From assembly GCF_009914755.1 (NCBI RefSeq), contig NC_060929.1: 64,000 nucleotides of DNA. One strand, given 5' to 3'. The position numbers and the translations under genes are program-made. The notes below the pieces were generated by a model, which made no database searches, had not been told where the DNA came from, and was given only the letters and a program-made list of their open reading frames with translations. Shown in pieces: positions 24,356 through 42,370 of this stretch (position 1 is its first letter; every line of letters starts with the position of its first letter). Source of the stretch: the human T2T-CHM13v2.0 reference genome, Homo sapiens.

Positions 24356-24725
24356 TAGACAGTCGCCGACTTATGATGATTCGACTTTATGAATTTTTGA
24401 CTGTAAGATGGTGCAAAAATGATACACATTCAGTAGAAACCGTACTTTGAGTACCCATACAACTATTCTATTTTTCACTTTCGATACTGTATTCAATTAA
24501 TTACTCTAGATATTGAACACTTTGTTATAAAACAGATTTTTGTATTAGATGATTTTGGGCAACTGTAGGCTAATCTAAGTGTTCTAAGCATGTTTGAAGT
24601 AATCTAGGCTAAGCTATGATGTTCACTAGGTGTCAGGTATATTTCATACATTTTTTACTTATACATTTTTCAACTTATAATGGGTTTATCAGGACATAAC
24701 CTCATTGTAAGTCGAAGAGCATCTG
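24356..24725 (-). mobile_element. MER47A (TcMar-Tigger)
   Basis: Ends ...gtaagtcgaagagcatctg; TA flanks; internal cagtagaaaccgtactttgagtacccatacaac matches the recalled consensus. Confidence 0.8.
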
Positions 24726-24734
24726 TATAATATT

Positions 24735-26240
<1,506 letters not shown>

Positions 26241-26241
26241 A

Positions 26242-26666
26242 CAGTTGATCCTTGAACAACATAGGGGTTGGGGTACCAACATGTGCCAGGGAAAATCCAC
26301 TTATAACTTCTGACTCAGCAAAAACTTAACTACTGATGGTCCACTGTTCACTGGAAGCCTTACTGATAACATAAACAGTTGATTAACACATATTTTGTAT
26401 GTTATATGTATTATATACTGTATTCTTAAAGTAAGCTAGAGAAAAGAAAACGTTATTTAAAAAATCATGGAGAAGAGAAAAAATGTTTACTATTCGCTAA
26501 GTGGAAGTGGATCATCATAAAGGTCTTCATCCTTGTGGTCTTTGTGTTGAGTAGGCTGAGGAGGAGGAGGGGTTGCCCTTGCTGTCTCAGGGGTGGCAGA
26601 GGCAGAAGAAATTCTGTGTATAAGTGGACCCATGCAGTCAAACCCATGCTGTTCAAGGGTCAATTG
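26242..26666. mobile_element. Tigger2a (MER28)
   Basis: TIRs cagttgatccttgaaca ... tgttcaagggtcaattg, TA flanks. Confidence 0.85.
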
Positions 26667-27862
26667 TACTTCATTTCTTTTATTGCTGAATAGTATAGAT
26701 ATTTTTCCTTTAAACAATTATTAGTTTATTTTTCATGCTATTTTAAATGGATATATAATAGTTGGGGAGTATATGTGATATTTTGATACCTGTATACAAT
26801 GTGTAATGATCAAATAAGGGCATGATGTTTTTAAAGAAATAACAATGAGGTTTTTCCATTACACAGGCTATAATCTAAGGGATAACACATGCTGCTACAG
26901 AGAGGTTTTTCCTGCTAGGAGGTCTAGATTGCAATTAACCTAAGTGCAAATTAATGCTGTTGTAAGTCTTTAGTAGTTCTCTGTAAAGTATTTCTCATGA
27001 TTTTATTTATTTAGCAACAGTTTTGAGTTGTGGAACCTGAATAGCTTTCCTGAAATTCTATGGGGATCTTTCTAGAGAAGCTGTGCACAGGTAGTGAATG
27101 TTGCCATTCAGGCCAGGGACAAATCAGCAGATCACGGGGTGTGTTTGGGAGCCAGAATACAGCTATGCATCAGACAGATTTGTTTCAGGATCTTTCTGGG
27201 CCTTTGCCCTCTGTACATCCCTGCCCTCCCCAAACATCCATTTATGTACTCTCCGATCTATGGAACAATGGCTTCGGCCTAAGACAGAAACTTCAACAAA
27301 TACTAATACATCCATAAGAACCATTTATGTAGCAAATAGTATTAATCATGGGCATGGTGAGGCACAGAGGAGGATACAAGATGAATAGGTGCTCATCTTG
27401 CCTCCAAGAGCTTAGTGTCTAGCCAGGAAAATGAGCACGCTGAGCACAAGGTTACATGGGATCTGTGCCATTTTAAATATTATGAAGTATTTTAACCATC
27501 CAGAAAATAACAAAGCACAAAACAACAAATACCCACGTACTTACCTCCTAGCTTTGTTTAATTTTAACATTTTTGCCATGTATCCTTTGTACTTTTTTAA
27601 ACAAAGTATCTCAGCTACTCAGCAATAAAAAGGAAGGAACTATAACTATTGATACCCACAATATACATGAATCTCCAGGGAATTATGCTGATTGAATAAA
27701 GCCAATCCTAAAAGATTACATACTGTGTGATTCCATTTACATGAATTTCGGGAAAGGACACAATTATAGAAATGGAGAACAGGTTTGTGGTTGCCAAGGA
27801 TTAGGATAGGATGGGGACTGGAGCGAATTAGGTGAAAAGGCAACATGAGGGATGTTGTGTAA

Positions 27863-28267
<405 letters not shown>

Positions 28268-28978
28268 TAGTGTCTTTCCTCTTTCCCTGTTTCTGTTTTG
28301 GCCTGTATCTGACTGGTTGGTTATCTGACACTCTTGGGGTCTACTCCTGCTCTTGTTGTTTCTGCTGGTACTCACTCACAGGGGCATTCTTATATTTTTT
28401 ATTCTAAACTCATCTTCAGGACATGGTTATCTGTGGCCTAGGTTAAAGACGTGTCCTTCTGGAAACATTTTATTTTGTTGTGGCCACTCAGAATTCAGGA
28501 TTTCTTTTTGTATAAATTTATCAGCTTTGGGCCACCTGGACCACATGTGTAGCATTGATTTGGACCTAAACCCAGTGAAGGCAGGTGTGTTGTTACGAAT
28601 TTATGTTATGAAGGAGACCTTTTTTCCTCACCCAGAACCCAAGCCAGGATGAACTGTCTTTGTCATCTTCTGTGTGGATAGCTGCATTTTTTTTTTTTTT
28701 TCCTGATCCACCATTTCACAGAAGTCCTTGTGGCTGGGGGGGGTCCCAGTTCTGTGAAGGAGCTTGTCTCCTATTCCTACCTGGGCACTAATGCCCAAGT
28801 CTCTGGTTCACTGAGTTTCAAATACTGTCTTCCTTACCCACCCTTCTACTTTGGGCCACAGCTGCATCAGCTCAGCTGCTCCCCACCGTAGTTTTCAATT
28901 CCCTGTTTGAGGGCCCTAGTGATTTCTTTTCCTCCCTTACAAGATCTGTCATGCAGTTAAAAAGTTTATTATAACTGA

Positions 28979-29224
<246 letters not shown>

Positions 29225-30127
29225 TGAGTAGAAATGCGGTTTTACCATGTTGGCCAGGCTGGTCTCGAACTCCTGACCTCAGGTGGTTTGCCCACCTCAG
29301 CCTCCCAAAGTGCTGGGATTACAGGCGTGAGCCACTGCACCCGGGCCCTTGATACTTTATAAGTTAGAGATAAAGGATTGCAGGAGTTTCAGAGAAGAAA
29401 AGTGCAGCTGGTGGGAGTGAGAAATGAGGGGAGGATCAAGAGTAGCCTTAGAGAAGTGAATGCTGGGGGATAGGAACACAGGAGGGGGCATGGCAAGTGC
29501 AAAAGCAGGAAATGCCAATGCAAGTATGGAGAAGAGCGCTCAACTCTCTTTCCACTGCAGTACAACCTGTGAAGAGGAAATGAAGTTAGAGCCTGGAGTG
29601 CAGTCTGTGAAGGGGAAATGAGGTTGGAATCAGATCACTGAGCAGCAGGAAGCTACTAAAGTCTTACAGCAGGGCACACCATGTTCACAAGCTTTGTTTC
29701 AGGGAGTTTAAACTGGAAATGTGTCCAGAAAGAATGGGTGTGGTGGTGGCAGGAGAGCAGTGTGGATTAGGAAGGATGACTCTGAGGGCTGTGGAAATAG
29801 CCCAGGCGATGGGTAGTAAGGCCTAAATGGGGTAGCTGGTGGGATGGGGTGTAGGGGGACCACTGGGAGAGGGTGAAAGAGATTCAGCTGTACCAGATAA
29901 AGAAATCTAGGTCAAGAGCTGGATTGGAAATAGAAGAAAAGCCAGGCAAGCATGTTGTCTGGGTCCTGGGAAATGAATTCAAAATGTCAAGAATTATCTA
30001 TTAAAAAATTTTTTTTTTTGTAAGAATCTTGCTCTGTTGCCCAGGCTGGAGTGCAGTGGTGTGATCTTGGCTCACTGCAACCTCTGCCTCCCGGGTTCAA
30101 GTGATTCTTCTGCCTCAGCGTATCTGA

Positions 30128-30361
<234 letters not shown>

Positions 30362-30511
30362 TAATAAACAGTTCATCTTGACTCTGTTTGCAGCTTAAGA
30401 TGTTTTTAGGCCTCTTGATGAGTAATTGTCATTGAATTAGAGACAGCATGTCCCAATAGTTCTTCCTGGAAGTGAGTGGGGATGCTTTTGCTTTTCCCAG
30501 AACCTGCTGAC

Positions 30512-30697
30512 ATGGCCAAGCATGGAGCCGACGAGCCATCCTCCAGGTCAGGGAGTCCGGACAGGGAAGGTAGGGCCTCTGAGGACAGATCGCTGCTTCA
30601 TCAGAGGCTGGCTGTCCGGGAGCTCATCGACACTGAGGTCTCCTACTTGCACATGCTCCAGCTCTGTGCCTCTGACATCAGGAGCCGCCTCCAGCAG
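30512..30697 (+). CDS. ARHGEF37: ARHGEF37 exon 2 coding part (aa 1-62; exon starts 30501), start of DH domain
   Basis: Acceptor ttttcccag|30501, Kozak gacATGg, [11 protein letters not shown]...[16 protein letters not shown]...LQQ (DH CR1 motif), donor CAG|gtactt. Confidence 0.96.
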
Positions 30698-31004
30698 GTA
30701 CTTGGGTGGGGTCACACACAACCTGTCTTTATAGGGGCAAATGTGGGTCCCAGCTTCTGAGATTTCTCATCCATTCCTGGGGCAAGCTTGATAGAAAGGA
30801 AGCGTGGTAGATGTGAAGTCTGACAGACCTGGATGTAAGCCCCAGTACTTCTTTTCCTTGGCCGTGCAACCTCCATCAAGGTCTTCCATGGCTTAGAGTC
30901 TTAGTGTATTCCTTGGCTAACTGGTGAGCGGAATAATCACTGGGAGACCTATGTGAGCTAATGAACAAGCCCTTTTCAAGTTTGGAACAGATTGCTTAAA
31001 CTGA

Positions 31005-31233
31005 CTCCTCTTCTTCTTCTTCTTCTTCTTCTTCTTCTTCTTCTTCTTCTTCTTCTTCTTCTTCTTCTTCTTCTTCTTTCTTCCTCTTCCTCTTCCTCTT
31101 CTTCTTCCTCTTCCTCTCCTTCCTCTTCCTCTTCTCCTTCTTCTCCTTCTCCTTCTTCTCCTTCCTCTTCTTTCTTCTTCCTCTTCTTTCTTTTTCCTCT
31201 TCTTCTTCTTCCTCCTCTTCTTCTTTTTTTCCT
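31005..31233. repeat. (CTT)23 microsatellite (31010-31078) within a 229-nt pure pyrimidine tract
   Basis: Direct reading; no purine on + between 31005 and 31233. Confidence 0.97.
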
Positions 31234-31458
31234 GCTTCCCCTTCAAGGGTCTCTTTATTCGACCGCAAAGTCACTGTCAGCGACTTGGCCTGGCCCTCTA
31301 TGGCTTCCAACAAGGAAATGCTTAAAAGTCAGGAAATGCATTTGCTGCCTTTCCTAGTACCAAAAATTGACTACAACCTCTTTGGGTACCCTGAGATAAA
31401 TCAATAGCATTTGCTTTTTCTTTACTTTTCTAACAGAATTCCAGAAAAAATAAATCTC

Positions 31459-31463
31459 ATATA

Positions 31464-31494
<31 letters not shown>

Positions 31495-31572
31495 AGATAT
31501 ATAGATATATATATGTGTGTGTGTGTGTATATATATATGTATATTTATATTTATATACACACATTCATATAT
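31459..31572. repeat. Compound (TA)n(TAGATA)n(TG)n microsatellite
   Basis: Direct reading. Confidence 0.95.
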
Positions 31573-32139
31573 AGAGAGATCCCTCAATCAAGAAGAGGCA
31601 AAGGATCCAGCATCCTCTGAGGTGCCCCTTGGCCTGGTGCAGGAAGGCCAGGAGGCACCAGCTGTCTTGGGAATCACCTTGAGATGTGCAGTGCTGAGCT
31701 GGTGTGGCATGGATGGGGGTCTGCAACAGCCTTCTCCCTCTAAGGAAGGTGGAACTAGGACAAACCAGGGGAGCCCTCACTCAAGCTTTCCACACATCCT
31801 GAAACGTGAGCTGTACCTGATGGAGCTTTGAAACTAAAACCCAAAGTGCAGATACAAAAGGATTCCCTGATAGGCCTCTAGGGGACTGACTCCTTAGGGA
31901 AGAGTTCCAAGAGCATCAAGCAGCAGGGGCTGGGGGAGCCAGCAGGGAGGACATACGCCCACAGCCCCCAGGCCCCCGAAGACAGGTGTCATGGACACAG
32001 AGGCCTGCTCAGCCACAGAAGAGGGGCTGGGCTCTGTCCCCTCCTCAGGTCTCCAACCACAGCCCCTGCAGGCCCTCAGGCAGGGGAACCCAAAAGGCCA
32101 GGGCAAGGCTCGGCTCACCCAGGAAAGCCCAAGGCAAAC

Positions 32140-32174
<35 letters not shown>

Positions 32175-32656
32175 CAGGAGACAGGGTCTCACTACATTGC
32201 CCAGACTGGTCTCAAACTCCCAGGCTCAAGTGATCCTCCCATCTCACCCTCCGAAGTCAGCCTCCTGATTAGCTAGGATTACAAGCACATGCCACCACAC
32301 CGAGCCATGACCTACATTCTAACTGTCTCATTTGCAGGGTGGTGACATGGAGAAATTAGCACTGTGAGAGTTACTATTACAGTGCTTATTTTTTACATTT
32401 TCTTTTTTGGGTTTCAGAAATAATGCAGGCTCTTGCTTGCTACGTTTCAAGCATCCCCTAGCATTTGAACTCCATAAGGGCAAATATTTTGTTAAGTTGA
32501 TTATATCCCAGTCTTGACACATAAATAACAGACTTAAAATTAGTCTTTCTTCATTGAATGAAATACCAATGTAGATAATGTAGAAAGTGAAGTACTTCTT
32601 TTATTTTACCCTCCAGAAATTGGGATTTTTCTCTATAGGCATTAAACAAGCAAATA

Positions 32657-32989
32657 CAGTCTTATGTCACTTAACACCAGGGATATGTTTTGAGGAATGC
32701 ATAGTGAGGCAATTTCATCATGTGTGAACATCATAGAGTGCACTAATACAAACCTAGATGATATAGCCTACTACACACCTAGACTGGATGGTATGGCCTA
32801 TTGCTCCTAGGCTGTAAGTGTGTTCAGCATGTCACTGTCCTGAATACTACAGGCAAATGCAGCACAATAGTATTTATGTATCTAAACACAGAAAAGGTAC
32901 AGTAAAAATATGATATTATAATCCTATGAGATCACCCTGGTATATGCAGTTTATCATTGATTAAAATGTTATTATGCAGTGCGTGACTG
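32657..32989 (+). mobile_element. Tigger3a (MER7A)
   Basis: ta|cagtc...gactg|ta termini; internal acaaacctagatgatatagcctactacacacctag. Confidence 0.85.
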
Positions 32990-33825
32990 TATATGTTGTT
33001 ATTTATTTTAACAGAAACAAGAGCAGACTCTAGATATTGTTCTTCAGTTAGCTTTCCCACTTGAATGTGTGTCCAGCACATCCTTCCATGCTTGTGCATT
33101 TATATAGATGTCCTGCATCTTTTTAAACAGTGGTATAGCCTGGTTAATAGGGGCCAGAGAATGCATCTTGAGGTCATGGTGGTAGGTGCCAAGTATGTCA
33201 GAGGTGGAAAGAAGTCTAACTTCTCACCCTTCAATGACAGATGGGGAAACTGAGAGAAGCTAGCTGGCAGCAGACCTAGGCTAAAACCCCGGTTCAGCTT
33301 TCCTTCCCCACTGAGTACTCCGTCTGTTCCTCTCTTCTTGTAGAGTAATGAAAATACCTAATTTTTTTTTTTTTTTGAGATGGAGTCTCGCTCTGTCGCC
33401 CAGGCTGGAGTGCAGTGGCACGATCTCGGCTCACTGCAACCTCCACCTCCCAGGTTCAAGCAATTGTCTACCTCAGCCTCCCGAGTAGCTGGGATTACAA
33501 GCACCCACCACCATGCCGAGCTAATTTTTGTATTTTTAGTAGAGATGGGTTTCACCATCTTGGCCAGGCTGGTCTTGAACTCCTGACCTCATGATCCACC
33601 CGCCTCGTCTCCCCAACGTGCTGGGATTACAGGCGTGAGCCACTGCGCCTGGCCTGAAAATACCTAATTTATAACGTTTCAAAATCCTTGCAAAATTCCA
33701 CTGGGGCAGCCAATCTTCTCAGGAGTGATGGGAATGGTGTGAGTGTTCTGTCCTACTCTCAAAAGCCTGCAAATACATTCTATGGAACTCCCAACCACCT
33801 CTCATGGCTTCTTTGTTCCTTCCAG

Positions 33826-33949
33826 TTGCCGCAGGGAGATCTGGATGTCCTGTTCTCAAACATTGATGATATCATCAAAGTGAACAGCAGATTCCTCCAT
33901 GATCTGCAGGAGACAGCCTCCAAGGAAGAGGAACAAGTGCAGCTAGTTG
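33826..33949 (+). CDS. ARHGEF37: ARHGEF37 exon 3 (124 nt), DH domain
   Basis: ttccag|[30 protein letters not shown]..., G|gtaagc, phase 0->1. Confidence 0.96.
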
Positions 33950-34746
33950 GTAAGCAAAAAACCTAAGGAGTTGTCAGCCTTAGATTCTCATGGAACTGTT
34001 CTCAGCGAGTGGTCACTGCTTAACTGTCTCCAGAGTTCCAGAGAAATGCAGCTCAACGGCAGTCTGTTTTGGGGATCTCCAAAACACAACATATCAGAGC
34101 CAGCAGGGCCCTCAAATAACAACTAGTCCAGTCCCATTGCTTTACAGAGACCGAGCCCCAGAGACAGAGAGGAACATGCTTACAGTCACGGAATTGTTAG
34201 CGATGCAGCTAAATCTTTAGTCTGTGTCTCTTTCACATTCATTCATCCAACGGTTATTTAATGAGCACCTGCAGTGTGCAGGCACAGCATCAACGAGAGA
34301 GTCTGAGCTTCTATTCTCATGGGGTTGACAAGTTAGTGACAGAGACAGAAGATAGACAAACAACAGAATTGTAGGTAATAATTTGTAATTTAAAGGAAAT
34401 AAATAGTCATGGTAACTTCTGGGTGTGAGGGAAGGCCTCTGGAGGAGGGAACATGTGAGCTGAGATCTGAGTGTCAGGAAGGAGCTAGCCTTGAGAATAT
34501 CTGAAGGGAGAGTAGAGAGCATAGTTGTGCAAAGGCCCTGAGGCAAGGATGAGTCCAGAATGTTTAAAGGACAGACGGAAGGTTGATGTGGCTCCAGGGA
34601 AATTAGTGAGGGGAGACTGTTGGGGATAAAATAGAAGAGGCACGCAAGGACCAGATCATGCACAGCTTTATAGGTCATGGCAAGGAGTTTGGAGTTTATT
34701 CTAACTGTGATGGGGAGCCACTGGACAGTTTTGAGTGGGGAAGTGA

Positions 34747-35007
<261 letters not shown>

Positions 35008-35627
35008 TGATCCACCTGCCTTGGCCTCCCAAGGTGCTGGGATTACAGGCGTGAGCCACTGTGCCCAGCTGATTTATGTTTTTCAAAGATCTCTTCAGCT
35101 GCTGTGGACAATGGATTATGAGGGGGTGGTGAGAGTGGAAGCAGCGAGATCAGTTGGGGGCTTTACTGTGGCCCAGATGAGAAATGAGGATAGTCTCCTT
35201 TGGTTTAATTTTTTTTTTTTGAGACGGGATCTCACTCTGTTGCCCAGTCTAGAGTGCAATGGAGCAATCATGGCTCACTGCAGCCTCTACCTTCCAGCCT
35301 CAAGGACCCTCCTGCCTCAGCCTCCTGAGGAGGATAGTCTTCTTATTCTGAAATGGTTAGGATGAGCACAGCAGAAAGAAAGGAGGAGTGGGTCCAAACC
35401 TCATACCTGTCTCCTTCTGTCTCATCCCATCTGCTGCCAGGATTCCCATGGTGAGGGATTTCCTAGTGGAGTCAGGAGATATAGGTGAATGGGTGGGTGT
35501 CAGATTCACTACTGTGGCAGAAAGGAGGAGGAGATGAAGGTACCCAGTACTGTGGCCACCCAAGTCCCCTTTTACACCACCAATCTTCTAACCTTTCCTG
35601 AACACGAATGATGAGGATGCAGATTAA

Positions 35628-35884
<257 letters not shown>

Positions 35885-36355
35885 TGATCCGCCCACCTCA
35901 GCCTCCCAAAGTGCTGGGATTACAGGTGTGAGCCACCGTGCCTGGCCTAAATACGCAAACAAATCTTAAAAACCTACTTTCTGAGTGTTTACAAAACGCT
36001 AAGCACTGTTCTTATGTACATATATTAATTCACTTCATCTCAAAATAACCCTGAAATGTAGATACCATTATCTCATTTTACAGTTGAGGAATCTTTGGCA
36101 CAGAGAGAGGCAATAACCTGCTTAGTCACGCAGCTAGGGGCAGAGCCAGGATTTGAATGCAGGTAGTTGGCCCTGAGAGTCAGAGCTCTTAACTGCTACA
36201 CTGAATTGCTTCTGCATGGTAGAAGGTGAGACTTAAAGCCTGTATACTGTGTGTTTATCATTCCTCTGAAAATATAGTTCTTTAGTAAAATAGCAATGTG
36301 AGTTACTATTCCCTACAAATGATAAAGGAATGCAAAATTAAAGAACAAGATTTTA

Positions 36356-36676
<321 letters not shown>

Positions 36677-36969
36677 CTATAGATGTTCTCACAGGTACTT
36701 CTCTTTTATCATTTGATCATTATTTTGGTTAATAATTAACACTTATTTGAATGGAAATTGATATAGCCTCAGGCTGAAAACATTCTAAGGGTCTAAGGAC
36801 TTTGAGCTCGGGCTCTTCTATAGCTACATGTTTGAGGTTTGGTGAGGTTCCTTGTAAAGGTCTTCATTTCTCAGTCTGCCTTTGTGCTGGAGCCACAGAG
36901 CCAAAATGTTACTTCGTCTCCTGATCACACCTGGTGATAGGTCCATGGACTGCCCTCACTGCTTCACTG

Positions 36970-37166
36970 TAGGGTTTCCAGTTAAAATATGGGATGATCA
37001 GTTAAATTTGTATTTCAGATAAACAATGAATAATTTTTTAGTATAAGTATATCCCAAATGTTGCATGGGACTTACTTACGCTAAAAAATTATTCATTGTT
37101 TATCTAAAATTCAAATTTAACAGAGCATCCTGTATTCCTCTCTCCCCTGCAAATTTGGCAGTCCTG
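36970..37166. mobile_element. MER53 palindromic non-autonomous DNA transposon
   Basis: Starts tagggtttccag; 56-bp inverted arms 37001-37056 and 37066-37121; matches the recalled MER53 consensus. Confidence 0.88.
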
Positions 37167-37502
37167 TTCCCTGGCCTTTACAGAGTCTGCAGAAAATATC
37201 CTCCTCATCCCTTGTCTCTTGTGGTTGCCAAAAAGAGGCCCAAATAACCCACATGGCTTTTCTTCTCCTCAGTGCAACTGTGTGCCAGGCCAGGCTGCTC
37301 TGGCTCTTGCCTGCTGTCTCTCTATTCCCCTTCTAGCCCCTAGGCCTTGCTATGCAAGGAGAGCCCTTTTCCCAGTAAGGCAGCAACACCATTTTTTTTT
37401 TTTTTTTTTTTTTGAGACAGATTCTCTGTCGCCCAGGCTGGAGTACAGTGGTGCAATCTTAGCTCACTGCAACCTCTGCCTCCTGGGTTCAAGTGATTCT
37501 CA

Positions 37503-38262
<760 letters not shown>

Positions 38263-39346
38263 TTACCGCAGGAGCTTTGGAATCTGACTAACAAGTCCCT
38301 GCCACCCACAAGCTCTTTCCTTTCTGAGTCCCAGTTACTGCCACCTTAAAATGATCATGAAAATAGTATCCATCTCTGTGCCAACAATGATGCCAAGTAC
38401 TTAACCTGAAGGAGCTCTTTGAGTTCTCATAACATCGTTACTTGTTGATTATTATTAATAACCTCCATTTTACCAAAAACGTCTCTGAGGCTCAGAGAGG
38501 CTAAGTAACATTCCCAAGGTCACACAGCTTGACCAGGCAGAGTTAGTATTTGAACCCAGCTCTTCTAGAGCCCTAGGTCTTGACCATGCTGCCTCCCTTT
38601 CTCTCCTTTCCAACTAATCCCAGCTAGAGATGAGTATCCCCTTTTATGCTAGGAATAAATTGTTTGCTAATCTGTGACTGGAGAAGGACAAGCAGGGAGG
38701 AAACAAGCCTTTCCTTTGGTGTAATTGCCATTCTTGCCTCTTTGGACCACTCTGTTCTGTGGGAGTTCACTTTCCTCCATCCTTTAGTTACTGAAACACC
38801 CTTGCCTCTGGCCACACTGGTATGACACAGTTTCCTTGGCATGTCTGTCTCATTTCTGAGGACACACCCATGTTGAGGAGACTGTGGGAACCGGCCTAGG
38901 TTTCACGGCCACACCCAAGCTATCTCTTAGCCAGGCCGTCTCTGCAGTTGGCTGATCTCTCTCTCACACAGCTTCTTCCTGGCTGCAGTTTCGGGTGGTC
39001 ATGTTCTGTCTGGCTCTAGGGGCTTCTCCTGGGAGTTCTTGCTAGGCATCAGCTGAACCAACACCGGGAAAGGGTAGGCCCTGGGACTGCGATCTCCCCA
39101 TGGGGATCTTTGCTGAGAACTGGACCATGCACCTCTGGCCACCAACTGATGTGTCCCAACACAGACCTTGTCTGGGTCACAGGTCTAGCCCATGGCTTTG
39201 GCAGGCAGTAGGGTCAGCTGGGCTTCCTGTGGTCCCTGGTTCCCCACCTGCCTTCTTGTGGTTAATATATTTTTCTTCACCCTCACCACTTCCTCTCAAG
39301 TCCGTCCACCCTCTGTAGGTAACTAATCTCATTAGTTTCTGATTTG

Positions 39347-39450
39347 AAAGTATGGAACGCTTCGCAAATTTGCATGTCATTTTTGCAGACGCGCCATGCT
39401 AATCTCTATATTGTTCCAACTTTAGCGTATATGATGCTAAAATTGAGCAC
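39347..39450 (-). pseudogene. U6 snRNA pseudogene, full length
   Basis: Reverse complement reads GTGCTC...GGAACAATATAGAGATTAGCATGGC...ATGACATGCAAATTTGCGAAGCGTTCCATACTTT, colinear with U6 at roughly 80% identity by eye; ACAGAGA box mutated. Confidence 0.93.
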
Positions 39451-39630
39451 CAGTGTGATCCTTTTAAGCAGAAATCAGATCATGTCACCGTTGCTCAAAG
39501 GCCTCCAGTTGCTTCCTGCAACCATCAGAATAAAACCTGAATCCCTTACTGCACTCCACTTACTTTAAGACCCTACATGATCTGGCTTCTGTTTCCTGCT
39601 TATTTCCTCTACTTTATTTTTATTTTTTAA

Positions 39631-40976
<1,346 letters not shown>

Positions 40977-41034
40977 TATATAATAAATATATTACATATG
41001 TAATATGACATATGAGGATGGCGATTAAAAATAA

Positions 41035-41251
<217 letters not shown>

Positions 41252-41561
41252 TAGCCAGGCTGGTCTGGAACTCCTGACCTCGTGATCCACCCGTCTTGGC
41301 CTGCAAAGTGCTGGGATTATAGGCGTGACCCACCACACCCGGCAGTAAGTACTGTTTCTATTTGCATTCCATAGATGAGAAAATAGAGAGCTAGAGGAGT
41401 GAAACACTTGCCTCAGGTTACACAACTGGGGAAGGGTTGCTGGAGATCTGTCCCTAGTTCCCTGGAATCCAAGCTCACACTGTAACCAGTTGTGTTATGC
41501 TGTAGCATGTCTTTGTAAATTGGGGATTTGTTGTGCTTGCCACACATTTTATCTTTAATTA

Positions 41562-41750
<189 letters not shown>

Positions 41751-42222
41751 TCAGGAGGCTGAGGCAGAGAATGGCATGAACCTGGGAGGCAGAGGTTGCA
41801 GTGAGTAGAGATTGCGCCACCACACTCCAGCCTGGGGGACAAGAGCAAGACTCTATCTCAAAAGAAACAAAAAAACAAAAAAACAAGCTAATGGTTGAGT
41901 GTATTTTGTGTACTATAAAGCACTGTCCAAATGTAAGCATTATTAATATTCCTGGTATGACTATAGCTACCATTTAGTAAGTGCTCACAGTTTCCTAGCC
42001 TAAGATGTATATCATTCTGTCACTCAATCCTCAGAACAACCTTGTGAAAAGATGAAAAAAACAGAAAGTCAGGAAGATGAGGTCATTTGCCCATGGTGAC
42101 ATGCTGGTAAACCCAGCAATCTCACTGGAGAGCTGGAGGGGTTTACTTACTGCCTCCCTGTTCCAAGCTAGGGGACACACAGACATGCCCTTGACGACCC
42201 CTTGTTGCGTCTTCACTCTCAG

Positions 42223-42370
42223 GTAACATATTTCTGGAATTCCAAGAGGAGTTGGAGCAAGTCTATAAGGTCTACTGTGCCAGCTACGACCAGGCCTTGC
42301 TACTGGTGGACACGTACCGGAAGGAGCCGGAGCTGCAGCGGCACATCCAGGGCATCGTTGAGGCGGTGGT
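42223..42370 (+). CDS. ARHGEF37: ARHGEF37 exon 4 (148 nt), DH domain
   Basis: ctctcag|GT AAC ATA, (G)[28 protein letters not shown]..., GT|gtgagt, phase 1->2; not in the ORF track. Confidence 0.95.

Noticed and set aside
30917-31357. Three ORFs with poly-K, poly-E, poly-L or poly-S
   Set aside because: Translations of the CTT/pyrimidine microsatellite; no splice or start-context support
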